A stretch of DNA of 64,000 nucleotides from Octopus bimaculoides (GCF_001194135.2 NC_068985.1:79475308-79539307), one strand, 5' to 3'. Positions 11,930-25,574 are shown, counted from the first letter of the stretch. Program-made: numbers and translations. The notes: generated by a model not told the origin, from the sequence alone.

Positions 11930-14340
11930 TAGGGGCTAAATTCAGAGTTGTTTAGCAAACAAGCCTCTCAGTTTTTGTATTTTTAAAAATAGAAAGACGG
12001 TGGACGAGGGTTGCTGTTCACTGAAAAGAACAGACTGTTATCTGTAGAACACAACATCCAAATAGTTGGTGGACAAAAATTGACGCAAGATACTCGAGTC
12101 CTAGCAAGTGTGCATGGCATATCAGCATCACTTCGCTCAACAGTGTGGAGCGAATGGAAGTCTGGAACTGAGGATGAACTTCAGTGCCTTTTTCGACGGC
12201 AAACCACATCCTTCGGCAAGCGGAGCGGAGCATTGTAAAATGCTGATAACAGCCGCGGAAATACGGGATGCGATTATCGGCTGCACGAGGATGCGAATAG
12301 CCTTCTTTGAATGCCCTACGAGCTTTACTTTTATATACCGCAAATAGAAGTGGAGCGAGAGAATTTCTAGTTCTGTGAGTCGAGGAGCGGTGGCACTGCT
12401 GAGAAATGACCCACCCAAAACGCTGCTGAAGGTAAACTCAACAAGTTTGGACTAGGGGTCAGTAAAGAGTTTGGCGCTTGTGTGTGAGTGGAACTGATTG
12501 GTGATGCACAAACATGCTCAATTCCAAGCGGATCCATCCAAGACAACCTCCACCTCATGCGATACATCCAGGCAGGGTGTGTAAAGTGCCGGTATGGGTG
12601 GGGCTCTGATCAATTTGGATCAAGGGAAATGGTTACCTATCGGATCGATTAACCATGATGCGCTCGGTCTGTCAGTGGTGTATGTTCTCGTCTCCTCTAT
12701 ATGCACTAGCTCTAGAGCCACTACTGCGAAAATTCGAGGCGTTGAGAGGCATGCCTTGTGAACTAGAACTTGGGAAAACCGTATCAACATACGGGTTAAA
12801 TTGCTCGGGGTTTTGGTTTGGTCCTGACCTCCAGGCGGAGAAGAACTGGGTGAAGGTGACAAGCAGGGTGAGCAATCTCGACCAAAAATAGCCGAGAGAA
12901 AGCTATCCCTGAAAGGTCGGGCAAAGGTAGAGAATTCTTACATCGCCTCCCTTATATATTATCGCCTGACCGTTGTGCCGTGATCCAGTTTACGTCAAAC
13001 TAAACTGGAGCACACTGTCTTATACTTTCTGTGGAAGGGACGCGTTCCACTGGTCAGACACTCTATTTGCTGTCAACACCTGCTGAATGGAGGACTGAGC
13101 ATGCCGTGGCATGCACAAACATGCACTGCGACTGCGACATCTCCGGCGTTTCCTTGACAATGAGCAGGTGTAGCTGCTATTTGTCACACAGGATTTTCCA
13201 CAGCTCGTCTCTTTGACAGACCGGCAGTCGTGGATCGAGCGTAGAACGAGGCAGGGTGCCTGGCACCTTGTGTGTCGTCAGGTGCTCACAGTTCACTGTC
13301 AGTCGAGCAATCAGGTCAGTAGAAGTTCCCCTCGGGCGGTCTATAGAGGGTTTGTGGTGGATTAGTGCGACGACGTTCTCCGGGAGACTCTGGGCATTGA
13401 CGAGAATCAACTGGCCGGTTTGATCAGGAGGACTTTTGCGCCAGGGCNNNNNNNNNNNNNNNNNNNNNNNNNNNNNNNNNNNNNNNNNNNNNNNNNNNNN
13501 NNNNNNNNNNNNNNNNNNNNNNNNNNNNNNNNNNNNNNNNNNNNNNNNNNNNNNNNNNNNNNNNNNNNNNNNNNNNNNNNNNNNNNNNNNNNNNNNNNNN
13601 NNNNNNNNNNNNNNNNNNNNNNNNNNNNNNNNNNNNNNNNNNNNNNNNNNNNNNNNNNNNNNNNNNNNNNNNNNNNNNNNNNNNNNNNNNNNNNNNNNNN
13701 NNNNNNNNNNNNNNNNNNNNNNNNNNNNNNNNNNNNNNNNNNNNNNNNNNNNNNNNNNNNNNNNNNNNNNNNNNNNNNNNNNNNNNNNNNNNNNNNNNNN
13801 NNNNNNNNNNNNNNNNNNNNNNNNNNNNNNNNNNNNNNNNNNNNNNNNNNNNNNNNNNNNNNNNNNNNNNNNNNNNNNNNNNNNNNNNNNNNNNNNNNNN
13901 NNNNNNNNNGCCTTAGCGAAATATGTTATGCGGCGGATCAGATTGAAATAGCTGGGAACCGGTACTTTCTTCTTTGACCAAGATCTCATCAACGTTTTCA
14001 TGAAAGAGGGTAAGTGTGAGAATTCCTGCCTCCCAGTAATTTTGTTAAAAAGTGGGTGAATGTAAGGCGAATGACCCGATTCAACTACTCTAAGCATGCG
14101 CCTCTAGATTAAGAGTAGATGAAGAGGAGAAAGCACCTTCCCTAGAGGCCAGAGCGATCGTAATTTTTGATGGGTTTCTACGAGCAGCTACGGGAAGTCT
14201 CCTTTGGGGGGGGGGGGTTAATTGTTAGAATCTTATTTATTGTTATTGTTTTGTTCACACGTTTTATTCCCACTTTGTATTGTATTGTCCAGTATTGTCC
14301 CCGGTGCTAATTTTTATGTCTCTATATAAACTTACAACAG
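11930..14340 (+). mobile_element. Decayed Tx1/L1-like ORF2 (RT and C-terminus) with 3'UTR, interrupted by a gap
   Basis: Frameshifted RT-like motifs (IQDNLHLMRYI, ALINLDQ, SPLYALALEPLLRK); C-terminal region similar to copies at 52.8 kb and 57.5 kb. Confidence 0.75.
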
Positions 14341-14415
14341 TCTAAGAAATTTTTTATTTACTGTGGAATTTCCACGGTTACTGCAAGTCATTATAAGTGT
14401 TATTATACTTATTTA

Positions 14416-14627
14416 GGCGACGAGTTGACAGAATCGTTAGTACACCGGACAAAATGCAAAGCAGCGTTTCGTCTGTCTTTACGTTCTGAGTTCAAATTCT
14501 GCAGAGTTCGACTTTACGTTTTGTTCTTCCGGGGACAATAAAATAAGTACCAGTTGAGTACTAGGGTCGATTTAATCGACTTACCCCTTCCCCGAACTGG
14601 CATTCTGCCGAAATTTAAAACTATTAT
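14416..14627 (+). mobile_element. SINE family A (head GGCGRCGAGYTGRCAGAATCGTTAG)
   Basis: ...ttctgagttcaaatt...gtcgacttt...taagtaccag shared with at least 6 other copies in the window. Confidence 0.8.
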
Positions 14628-14776
14628 CACGAGTATTTCATCTTTTAATTTTGTTTCTATTTCTTGCCGTATGTCTTCCCGACACCTAGTGCAAAGAAAC
14701 TCGCTGTATACATTGATAGGCCATTAAATTAAACTAACCAGATTATTCATATAAAAAAATCAAATAAAGTTGTTGC

Positions 14777-14832
<56 letters not shown>

Positions 14833-15228
14833 NNNNNNNNNNNNNNNNNNNNNNNNNNNNNNNNNNNNNNNNNNNNNNNNNNNNNNNNNNNNNNNNNNNN
14901 NNNNNNNNNNNNNNNNNNNNNNNNNNNNNNNNNNNNNNNNNNNNNNNNNNNNNNNNNNNNNNNNNNNNNNNNNNNNNNNNNNNNNNNNNNNNNNNNNNNN
15001 NNNNNNNNNNNNNNNNNNNNNNNNNNNNNNNNNNNNNNNNNNNNNNNNNNNNNNNNNNNNNNNNNNNNNNNNNNNNNNNNNNNNNNNNNNNNNNNNNNNN
15101 NNNNNNNNNNNNNNNNNNNNNNNNNNNNNNNNNNNNNNNNNNNNNNNNNNNNNNNNNNNNNNNNNNNNNNNNNNNNNNNNNNNNNNNNNNNNNNNNNNNN
15201 NNNNNNNNNNNNNNNNNNNNNNNNNNNN

Positions 15229-15274
<46 letters not shown>

Positions 15275-15275
<1 letters not shown>

Positions 15276-15487
15276 AGTAGCCAGTTGGCAGAATCGTTAA
15301 AGCGCTGGACGAAATGCTTAGCGGTATTTCGCCCGTCGCTACGCTCTGAGTTCAAATTCCACCGAGATCGACTTTGCCTTTCAGCCTTTCGGAGTCGATA
15401 AATTAAGTACCAGTCTAGTACTGGGGTCGATGTGATCGACTATCCCACTCCCCATAAATTCCAGACCTTGTGCCTAAAGTGGGAAGG
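15275..15487 (+). mobile_element. SINE family A, embedded in an (ATT)n tract
   Basis: Same consensus; (ATT)n directly on both sides. Confidence 0.85.
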
Positions 15488-15541
<54 letters not shown>

Positions 15542-15555
15542 TAGTCTTATTCTTA

Positions 15556-15724
15556 TTACGTGCTATTACTGCACTACCGAGTGTAGCTCTGTGTGCCTTG
15601 GGCATGTTCTGTGGTTTGTTGCGGTGTTCTTATTTTCTCTGTATTGAAAGTGCTTTACGTAGGATGTGTTCGGTGCCTAGCAGTGCTATTTTCTGTATGT
15701 TGTATACACTTGTAAGTCCATGTG
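15556..15724 (-). mobile_element. Short R4/Dong-type 3' end
   Basis: Minus translation HGLTSVYNIQKIALLGTEHILRKALSIQ, then a short UTR; (TAA)n on its sense strand at both sides. Confidence 0.75.
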
Positions 15725-15725
15725 T

Positions 15726-15788
<63 letters not shown>

Positions 15789-16539
15789 GTTGTTGTTGTT
15801 GTTGTTGTTGTTGTTTTATTGTTATATTGTGTTTTCGCTTTGTTTTTGGTCTTTCGAGTTATTATTCTTGTCTTTAATTCTGAATTTTGAATATATATAT
15901 TGTAATCAGAAGACTAAGAAAATCTATTATATAATAAAGAACTAAAACCAGTGAGGTAGTGAATATATAAATGCCCTGAAGCTCTACCAACGTTTCATAT
16001 TTTGCGATTCTCTTGAGGCGCACTGAGAAGAATGAACAATGCAGTTGATTTGATATTTATAGTTCATAGCTAAAAACGAAATAAATATGAAAATAACAAT
16101 TAATTTTTTTACCGCAAAAAAATAAAAAAGAATCCATTTAGATCGGACCTGCTGCACGGGTGCATTTAAGATATAAAAGCGGCAAGTTTATAGAGAATCT
16201 TAGTCAAATAGCTAATGGACATATAATGAAATGTAAAACAGATAATGCAATTATTTCTTTTAAAAGCAAGTAAATTTAATATGTTATTGACTTCAAGTAG
16301 TAACGCAAAAGCAAATTAGATGGACAGAGAGATAGATAGATAGACAGATAAATGGTAAAAGATTCACGTGTCACATTGATCTAGAGTGTTAAAAAATAAA
16401 GACAGATATGATCTAAGAACGGTCAAAATTAATTTAATGTTAAGAAGATCGCGTTTGCAATCATGTCATTTTGCGTTCAGTTTCACTACGCGGCAACTTG
16501 GGCAATTTTTTTTCTTCTATAGTCACGAACCAACCAATG

Positions 16540-16935
16540 CCGTGTAAGTGAATTTGTTAGAGAGAAACTGTGAGGAAGCCCGCCATCGATACGTGAGTGT
16601 GTATGCGTGCTTTTGAGTCTGTATTTGTCTCCCACCCGTATCGCTTGAAACCGATATTGATTTGTTTACCGTCCTGTAACTTATAGGTTTGTCAAAAAAA
16701 CCAGATGGAGAAAGTACCAGACTTACAATGTAAGTCTGTATTTGTCCCCTACCCGTATCGCTTGAAACCGATGTTGATTTGTTTATCATCCCGTAACTTT
16801 TAGGTTTGTCAAAAGAACCAGATGGAGAAAGTATCAGACTTACAATGTAAGTACTGGAGTCGATCTCTTCGATTAAACCTTTCAAAATAGGATCCCAGCA
16901 TGGCCGCAGTCCAACGACTGAATCAAATAAGAGCA
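16540..16935 (+). mobile_element. SINE family B with an internal 117-bp tandem duplication (16617-16852)
   Basis: gtctgtatttgtc...cagacttacaatgtaa present at 16617 and 16734; family B tail follows. Confidence 0.7.
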
Positions 16936-18066
16936 AAATATAAAGCTAACTGAATTGATTGTAAACAAAGAAAGCCACGATAAACATAACTACGTTAAAT
17001 AAACGGTATACAGATTGTTGTGCAATCTTTATACCGTTTTGCCATGGACCTGACGCTGTATGACTTCGCTTTTTTCGTCACATTGTCAATAATGTTTGCA
17101 TCCTCGTAACAGACATAAAAACAGCAACCAACTCTATATCATTTTTACCCGAAACAAAGCTGTAACATGAACTATGGTACCATTAATTCTGTCAAGCTTT
17201 ATTTTTACGTGCTGAAATTATTTTTCCACCGCATAAGATACAGACTAAAATGGAACAGACTAGTTGACAGTCGCTTGGTTTTCCTGACAACTGCAGACAG
17301 AAGATGCTATGGTCGTACAAGAGCCAGTATCATTGCCTTAAGAATGTGTTTAAAACGTTTTCAGTAATACAAATAACTTTAACAGTTAAAACGTAGAAGG
17401 CATATAATAGACGTATTAGCCACTGTTGGAGAATCTTGACAGTGATCAGGTCGCAAATGGTGCAACGAAAGTTTTGACACCAAATAATAAATGTTTAAGT
17501 GAACTTAGCCGTTTTTTATCCATTTTCTTTTCTTTCTTTCGTTTTTTTTTTGTTGGATGGTTAATATGTGTCACGCACGCTGTAATGGCTTTAACATCAA
17601 CACACAGTCTCAGATCAAATCAGTTGGCAGGCAATTACATCTCCTAAATTCAGTTTAGTATATTGCAAAAAAGACATGTTTGCACCAACCTAATTCTCGA
17701 GTTTGCGTTATACAGAGTATGGCTAATTATATATTCATTGGACTTTGATATTTTGTTTGAATAATCTGAAATTCCGATAATTGATGTTCAGATAACCGAT
17801 CGCCAATTATCTTAATTAATTATGTACCAACAGAATACATAATTTATGAGACGAATTAACCGTCAAAAGTGCACAAATAGAACTTCCGTATAACATATAG
17901 TCATATATTATTGCATAAACATGTTAAATCATAAAGATATACATGCAAAAAAGATATACATGCAACTAAATATATAGTTTATATTGTATATCCATATTCT
18001 CTGCTCATATGTACAGACACACACATACCATACACGCGCGAACACGCACGCACACACACATCATAT

Positions 18067-18365
18067 GAGGGCTCATTGCACAGTGGTTAGAGCATCAAGC
18101 TCTCAATCATGAGGTAGTGAGTTCGATTCCCAGATCGGGCTGTGTGTTATGTTCTTCAGCAAGACACTTTATTTCACGTTGCTTCAGTTCACTCAGCCGT
18201 GCAAACGAGTTGCGATGTCACCGGTGCCAAGCTGTATCGTCCTTTGCTTTTCCTTTGGATAACATCGGTGGCGTGGTGAGGAGAGGTTGGGCCACTGCTA
18301 TTCTTCTATAAACAGCCTTGCCTGGACTTGTGGCTCGGAGGGTAACTTTCTAGAGGTAATCCCAT

Positions 18366-18368
<3 letters not shown>
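18067..18368 (+). mobile_element. tRNA/CORE-type SINE, family D
   Basis: Head cagtggttagagc...gagttcgattccc, then CORE-like tgttcttcagcaagacactttatttcac; core shared with 46171-46482, tail different. Confidence 0.7.
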
Positions 18369-18423
<55 letters not shown>

Positions 18424-18463
18424 CACACGCATACATATACGTATACACACTTACACACACGCA

Positions 18464-18822
18464 TTGTTGGCACTCCGTCGCTTACGACGTCGATTATTCC
18501 AGCCTGCTCGTGAAATTAACGTTCAAGTGGCTGAGCACTCCACAGACACGTGTACCCTTAATGTAGTTCTCGGGGATATTCAGCGTGACACAGTGTGACA
18601 AGGCTGGCCCTTTGAAATACAGGTACAACAGAAACAGGAAGAAAGAGTGAGAGAAAGTTGTGGTGAAAGAGTACAGCAAGGTTCGCCACCATCCCCTGCC
18701 GGAGCCTCGTGAGCTTTAGGGGTTTTCGCTCAATAAACACTCACAACGCCTGGTCTGGGAATCGAAACCGCGATCCTATGACCGCAAGACCGCTGCCCCA
18801 ACCACTGGGCCATTGCGCCTCC
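18464..18822 (-). mobile_element. SINE family C, full length
   Basis: Reverse-complement match to 6602-6980. Confidence 0.85.
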
Positions 18823-18901
18823 ACACATACACGCATACATATACGTATATACGCATAAGTATCCATTTACGCATATACGCATACATACACGCATACATAT
18901 A

Positions 18902-19135
18902 CGAGGTAGGTTCAAAAATTATCCGACGTTATTTTTCCCGCCAAGACTAAAACCGCGTGGGCAAAAGCTTTTAGTTAGGAGGTGACGCCACCCATGCTGC
19001 GCAGGCATGAAAATTTTTGCGCTGGTAGGCCGCGTCAGTCCCTAGTTTAATATACAGACGCTTAGAGTACAGATCTGTAGTGTGCACCCGTCGCAGTTTC
19101 GTTTACACGCAAGATGTCCGCACACATCGAGTAGT
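18902..19135 (+). mobile_element. Mariner left end (TIR + 5'UTR up to the start of the transposase)
   Basis: TA|CGAGG... start; homologous to the 5'UTR of the opposite-strand mariner at 19600-19728; ends near ATGTCCGCACACATCGAG. Confidence 0.6.
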
Positions 19136-19728
19136 CACTATATATCATTGTCTCATCTCCAGTGATGATGGTCATTATGAGGTTTGGGTCGTGGTTTGCA
19201 CAGACCAGCATTTACGGAGCGATTTCCACGAGGAGTTGCTTCTGTTGCTCTGCTAGCAACTTCGGAACGAATTTCGCCGACAATCTCCACATGCACAAAT
19301 CCACAGTTAAAATGAAATGCACTAATCCTGTGTTTGTTCCCACTTCGTGAGCATTTTCCAAGACTATTCAAAGGACCTTCTCAATCGGCTCCTCGTCTCG
19401 GCTTCTGGATGGCCTGCCTCATCGTGCCTCGCACTCCACTGAGGTACGAGCAGGTTTGGAGCGATTGTACCACACCTTGATTTGGGTTTTACCCATATCA
19501 TTGCCAAAGTTTGTGCTGAATCTTCTGGATGGTTTAAACATGAGTATCACAAAGCTTTTCGCAAAACTTCATGCAATATCGATGCGTTCGGTGAAAAAGA
19601 AATCCAAGTGCGTACTACATGTCTATACTCTAGGCGTAACAGTCGGAAACTCATGCAGCCTAACGGCGCGAAAATGTTCACGCATGCCCAGCAAGGATAG
19701 CGTCACCTCCCAACTCGGCCAACTGTTT
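19136..19728 (-). mobile_element. Mariner (Mos1-like) 5' half: HTH domain to first catalytic Asp
   Basis: Minus translation ...FGNDMGKTQIKVWYNR...GRPS...VHFILTVDLCMWRLSAKFVPKLL...TIITGDET (19592 to 19149), with stops. Confidence 0.85.
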
Positions 19729-19731
19729 CTG

Positions 19732-19870
19732 AAGTCGATTATTTTATCAGCTTCAAAAGGATGAAAAGCAAAGTCCACCCACATGGCATGTGAATTCAGA
19801 ACGTAAAGACGGACGAAATGCGGTTAAGAATTTTGTCCAGCATGCTAACTATTTTACCAGCTCGTCGCCT
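19732..19870 (-). mobile_element. SINE family A, internally deleted
   Basis: aaggatgaaaagcaaagtc...gaattcagaacgtaaagacggacgaaatg...ccagctcgtcgcc. Confidence 0.65.
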
Positions 19871-19914
19871 TACTCTTAATTAATAGAAAAATCCGCAAGC
19901 TACTGACTTATAAT

Positions 19915-20900
19915 AAGATGCACCATCCAAAGGCAGACGTGGATCGTCTTTACCTTCCAAGAGCTCAGGGAGGTCGAGGCTTGATCCAGCTTGAACTTAC
20001 GTACAAAACCACCNNNNNNNNNNNNNNNNNNNNNNNNNNNNNNNNNNNNNNNNNNNNNNNNNNNNNNNNNNNNNNNNNNNNNNNNNNNNNNNNNNNNNNN
20101 NNNNNNNNNNNNNNNNNNNNNNNNNNNNNNNNNNNNNNNNNNNNNNNNNNNNNNNNNNNNNNNNNNNNNNNNNNNNNNNNNNNNNNNNNNNNNNNNNNNN
20201 NNNNNNNNNNNNNNNNNNNNNNNNNNNNNNNNNNNNNNNNNNNNNNNNNNNNNNNNNNNNNNNNNNNNNNNNNNNNNNNNNNNNNNNNNNNNNNNNNNNN
20301 NNNNNNNNNNNNNNNNNNNNNNNNNNNNNNNNNNNNNNNNNNNNNNNNNNNNNNNNNNNNNNNNNNNNNNNNNNNNNNNNNNNNNNNNNNNNNNNNNNNN
20401 NNNNNNNNNNNNNNNNNNNNNNNNNNNNNNNNNNNNNNNNNNNNNNNNNNNNNNNNNNNNNNNNNNNNNNNNNNNNNNNNNNNNNNNNNNNNNNNNNNNN
20501 NNNNNNNNNNNNNNNNNNNNNNNNNNNNNNNNNNNNNNNNNNNNNNNNNNNNNNNNNNNNNNNNNNNNNNNNNNNNNNNNNNNNNNNNNNNNNNNNNNNN
20601 NNNNNNNNNNNNNNNNNNNNNNNNNNNNNNNNNNNNNNNNNNNNNNNNNNNNNNNNNNNNNNNNNNNNNNNNNNNNNNNNNNNNNNNNNNNNNNNNNNNN
20701 NNNNNNNNNNNNNNNNNNNNNNNNNNNNNNNNNNNNNNNNNNNNNNNNNNNNNNNNNNNNNNNNNNNNNNNNNNNNNNNNNNNNNNNNNNNNNNNNNNNN
20801 NNNNNNNCTGGGATTGCATACAACGAGTTTCTCTGCCCTAGGTGTACGGAAAACACTCGGCGAGAAATGGAAGAAAATTTGAAGAAAGAAGGAGAAAAAC

Positions 20901-20902
<2 letters not shown>
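19915..20902 (+). mobile_element. R4/Dong-type element spanning an assembly gap
   Basis: MHHPKADVDRLYLPRAQGGRGLIQLELTYK before the gap; the same 3'UTR as 11690-11760 after it, ending in (TAA)n. That both sides belong to one copy is assumed. Confidence 0.7.
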
Positions 20903-20967
<65 letters not shown>

Positions 20968-22915
20968 GTTAGATTCATCAAGGACAACAACATGTTCAAA
21001 AATAATCCAAGGACTTTTTACGGGAACATAGGGAAAATACCAGTTACAGTAAAGTCTGTCCCATCAAAAGAAGTGCAGGAATTTTGGAATAAAATTTGGG
21101 CAGAAGACAAAACACACAATGAAAAGGCCAGTTGGATTGATAGAATATCTATAGACTTAGAATCCTTACACGAGCAAAAGTGGGAGGGTATCAAGGTAGA
21201 AGATGTAAGATCTGCTCTCAGGAAATGAAGCAAATGGAAGTCTCCAGGAAAGGATAAAATACTTAACTTCTGGTTGAATGCCTTTCCAGAGAGCCATGAA
21301 CTACTAACAAAACTTTACAACAATGTTTTGCAAAAACATAGTATGATTCTCTCTTGGATAGTTAATGGTGTAACATCCCTACTTCCAAAAAATGAAGAAA
21401 ACAATGAACCAAAAAATTATTGAACCATAACCTACTTAACAGCAATATATAAAACGCTAACATCTGTCTTGACAATATACCTATTTTTTTTTTTTTTAAT
21501 AGAAAATGGCATATTCCCTAATGAGCAAAAAGGATGTAAACGTGGGTCCTATGGTTGTAAAGATCAGCTAGTCATCAATAAGATGATCTTGGAAGATTGT
21601 CACAAATGACTCAAAAACTTGTCGATAGCCTGGATAGACTACAAAAATGCTTCTGATAAAGAAATGTCTGGAAATGTATAATATAACACCTACTCTGCAA
21701 AAATTCTTGTCTGTAAGTATGAGATCATGGAAAACTACACAGATTTCGAACAGTGACAATGAATCTCTTAATGCTGTAGATGTAAGAATTTCATGTGGCA
21801 TTTTTCAGGGTGACTCTTTCTCACCACTCTTTTGTCTAGCCTTAATACCTCTCTCGAAATTGCTCGATGATGTACAATACGGCTATAAAATGTTTGATAA
21901 CAATATAAATCATCTCATTTACATGGATGATTTCAAGCTCTTTGCGAAAAATGACCAACAACTACGGGACTTACTAGCGACTGTTAAACAATTCAGTGAT
22001 GGCATCAGGATGCAATTTCACCTCGATAGATGTGCATATGCTACTTTTATCAAAGGAAAAATGACATAGACATCCAATGGTAATCTTGACCAGCAGAAAG
22101 TCATAAAGGATTAGAACCAGCGGCAAGTTACAAATACCCAGGGGCATTTGAAGGGGAACGAATCAAACATTCAGTGATGAAGGATAGGATCAGAAGAGAA
22201 TGTTATCGCAGGGTAAGAGCAATACTCAAGACAGAACTGAATGTAAGAAACATGATCAAAGCGATCAATACTTTAGCCATACCAGTCGTAACTAATTGGT
22301 CAGTTACTGAAATATGTAATCTCGACAGAAAAATATGAAAATTGTTGACAATGCTTAGAATGCACCACCCTAAGTCAGATATAGAACGACTTTATCTGCC
22401 ATGAAAAGAGGGTGGCCGTGTACTTTTTCAACTGGAATTAACAATGAAGATTGCCGCAATTGGCCTCAACATTTACCTGAAAAACTCTGATGTCTGGATG
22501 CTAAAACATGTCTCAAACCATGAAAACAAGAAAGTATCCTACTCAGTAACAAAGTAGGCAAAGGAATATCTAAATGAATTCCAAATACAACAAATTCCAG
22601 AGTTAGACGTACTAGAGACAAGCACAGAAAGAGCTAAGCGTATGAAAACCCTTGCTAAAACTGCTACCTTAGATATTCTTACTGGTAAATAGTAAGACAA
22701 ACTTCTCAATGGCGAATACCCAAAGAGCTAATAGTGCCGATGTGGACAAAGCCTTTACCCATCAATGGTTAGTGTCTTCTGGCTGAAAATCAGAAGCAGA
22801 AGAGTTTATCATAGCAACCCAAGGAACTATCAGGCCGACATATTAAAGAACGGCAGTAGTCTAACATGTGTATGTCAACAACAAAATAAAACCATTGATC
22901 ATGTTGTCTCCATGA
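20968..22915 (+). mobile_element. Decayed R4/Dong-type retrotransposon (RT to zinc knuckle; 3' end missing)
   Basis: [66 protein letters not shown]...GGRVLFQLE; begins directly after (TAA)n. Confidence 0.9.
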
Positions 22916-23721
22916 CCATATGACCATTATCACAGTATATGTCTCCTAATAAAATCAAGAATTTTAAAGTTTATGGAGTATAAACCATTCACTCAATCTG
23001 TAACCCAGCCGAATAGCAGATTTAATTATTTTATAAATCAGGTGCTGTGTTTTGGAGGTATATCGAATTGCAAAATGTTGCTGTTTATTCAATCTTATTT
23101 TCTAAATTACTGAACAAATCTACTTATTTCCTGCATGTTGATCCTTAAGCTTAAATTCGACTGTTCCTTCACCTTAGTATAATCTTATTCAAAAAACTTT
23201 TGGTTGATTTGTTTGATTTAGTGGGTTAATACGGAAGGATTCCTGTTGAAATCTTTCATGAAAAATCAAGACTCGCATGATCAAGAAGTTCAGTTCTGTA
23301 GTTCTGTAGTTCTATAGTTCTGTCGTACGAATCGTGTGTGAGTTAATATGACAATCGAGAATTATTAAGATACAAAATAGTGTACAAGCTGCTCTTTATA
23401 GAGAAAGTAATATAATTTCTAATAACATTATTTTATAATACTTCTCCATCACCTGCATAGCTTTCATCTTAATTTTTCCTTTATTGTTCAGTCTTATCAT
23501 CTTTTAACAATTTCAAAAGTACATCATTTCTAGAGATAGTAAGACATTTCCTGCTTTGATTTTAATTACATAACCTTTCGTCTTTTGAGCAGCGGTCTGG
23601 GTATAATTATTTTTTCAATATCGTAAATGGACCTTTTCAACGGAGGCGATATTTTCAAATTATTCTTTTTCATTTTCTGACCATTTTCTGGCTGTACTTT
23701 TCGTTAATTTATTTATTAATT

Positions 23722-23777
<56 letters not shown>

Positions 23778-24843
23778 ACAATATCTATATAAATATTAGA
23801 ATATTCATATCTATCTATCTATCTATCTANNNNNNNNNNNNNNNNNNNNNNNNNNNNNNNNNNNNNNNNNNNNNNNNNNNNNNNNNNNNNNNNNNNNNNN
23901 NNNNNNNNNNNNNNNNNNNNNNNNNNNNNNNNNNNNNNNNNNNNNNNNNNNNNNNNNNNNNNNNNNNNNNNNNNNNNNNNNNNNNNNNNNNNNNNNNNNN
24001 NNNNNNNNNNNNNNNNNNNNNNNNNNNNNNNNNNNNNNNNNNNNNNNNNNNNNNNNNNNNNNNNNNNNNNNNNNNNNNNNNNNNNNNNNNNNNNNNNNNN
24101 NNNNNNNNNNNNNNNNNNNNNNNNNNNNNNNNNNNNNNNNNNNNNNNNNNNNNNNNNNNNNNNNNNNNNNNNNNNNNNNNNNNNNNNNNNNNNNNNNNNN
24201 NNNNNNNNNNNNNNNNNNNNNNNNNNNNNNNNNNNNNNNNNNNNNNNNNNNNNNNNNNNNNNNNNNNNNNNNNNNNNNNNNNNNNNNNNNNNNNNNNNNN
24301 NNNNNNNNNNNNNNNNNNNNNNNNNNNNNNNNNNNNNNNNNNNNNNNNNNNNNNNNNNNNNNNNNNNNNNNNNNNNNNNNNNNNNNNNNNNNNNNNNNNN
24401 NNNNNNNNNNNNNNNNNNNNNNNNNNNNNNNNNNNNNNNNNNNNNNNNNNNNNNNNNNNNNNNNNNNNNNNNNNNNNNNNNNNNNNNNNNNNNNNNNNNN
24501 NNNNNNNNNNNNNNNNNNNNNNNNNNNNNNNNNNNNNNNNNNNNNNNNNNNNNNNNNNNNNNNNNNNNNNNGCGTATACTACCAGGGAGTGAATAATTAT
24601 TACAAATTAAAAGGGTAAAGGATTATCAATTTATTAATTAATAAATCAATTAACAATTAACAATTTTTACCAAGCCCATCGGTATGAAAGCACCATTATT
24701 GGTGGAGAACTTATTTAAAAGCTCATATATATTTATAAATATAATTAAGGGATCAGCAAATATTTGCATCACCATATACCGAAGTTCAGAAATAGCAGCT
24801 GGTTCAAGCTTTAGAATGTATATATGTGTATGTATGTACACAC

Positions 24844-25180
24844 GAGTGGCTGTGTGGTAAGTAGCCTGCTTACCAACCACATGGTTCCGGATTCAGTCCC
24901 ATTGCGTGGCACCTTGGGCAAGTGCCTTTTATTATAGCCTCGGGCTGACCAAATCATTGTGAGTGGATTTGGTAGATGGAAACTGAAAGAAGCCCATCGT
25001 ATATATGTATATATATGTATGTGTGTATGTTTGTGTGTCTGTGTTTGTCCCCCGACCATCGCTTGACTAACGATGCTGGTGTGTTCACGTCCCTGTAACT
25101 TAGCAGTTCGGCAAAAAAGACCGATAGAATAAGTACTACGCCGCAGTCAAATGACTGTAACAAGTAAAAGATAAAAGAAA
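24844..25180 (+). mobile_element. SINE family B, near full length (tRNA head + CORE-like + tail)
   Basis: gtggctgtgtggtaagtagc...ggattcagtccc...ggcaccttgggcaagtgcc...gatagaataagtact...gccgcagtcaaatgactg. Confidence 0.85.
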
Positions 25181-25574
25181 TATANNNNNNNNNNNNNNNN
25201 NNNNNNNNNNNNNNNNNNNNNNNNNNNNNNNNNNNNNNNNNNNNNNNNNNNNNNNNNNNNNNNNNNNNNNNNNNNNACCGAAAAAGATTAAGAAGAAAGA
25301 GAGAAAATAGAGAAATAGAAAAGGTTAAAACAGGTAATATGAGATAATGTGTGTGTATTTGTATGTATATATATATATATATATATGTACACACTCATAC
25401 ACATGCACGCGCGCACACACACATACATACACCATCGTCAGTAGTTCATATAGGTGGAAAAGAAGCTCATTCTAAAGCGTTAGAGCAATATTATATATTT
25501 TTGTTTTTTAGGAAGTAAAAGGATATGGTCGGTCATGGGGTGACCACTGGTTTCGCACCTATAAAGCGCAGGAC

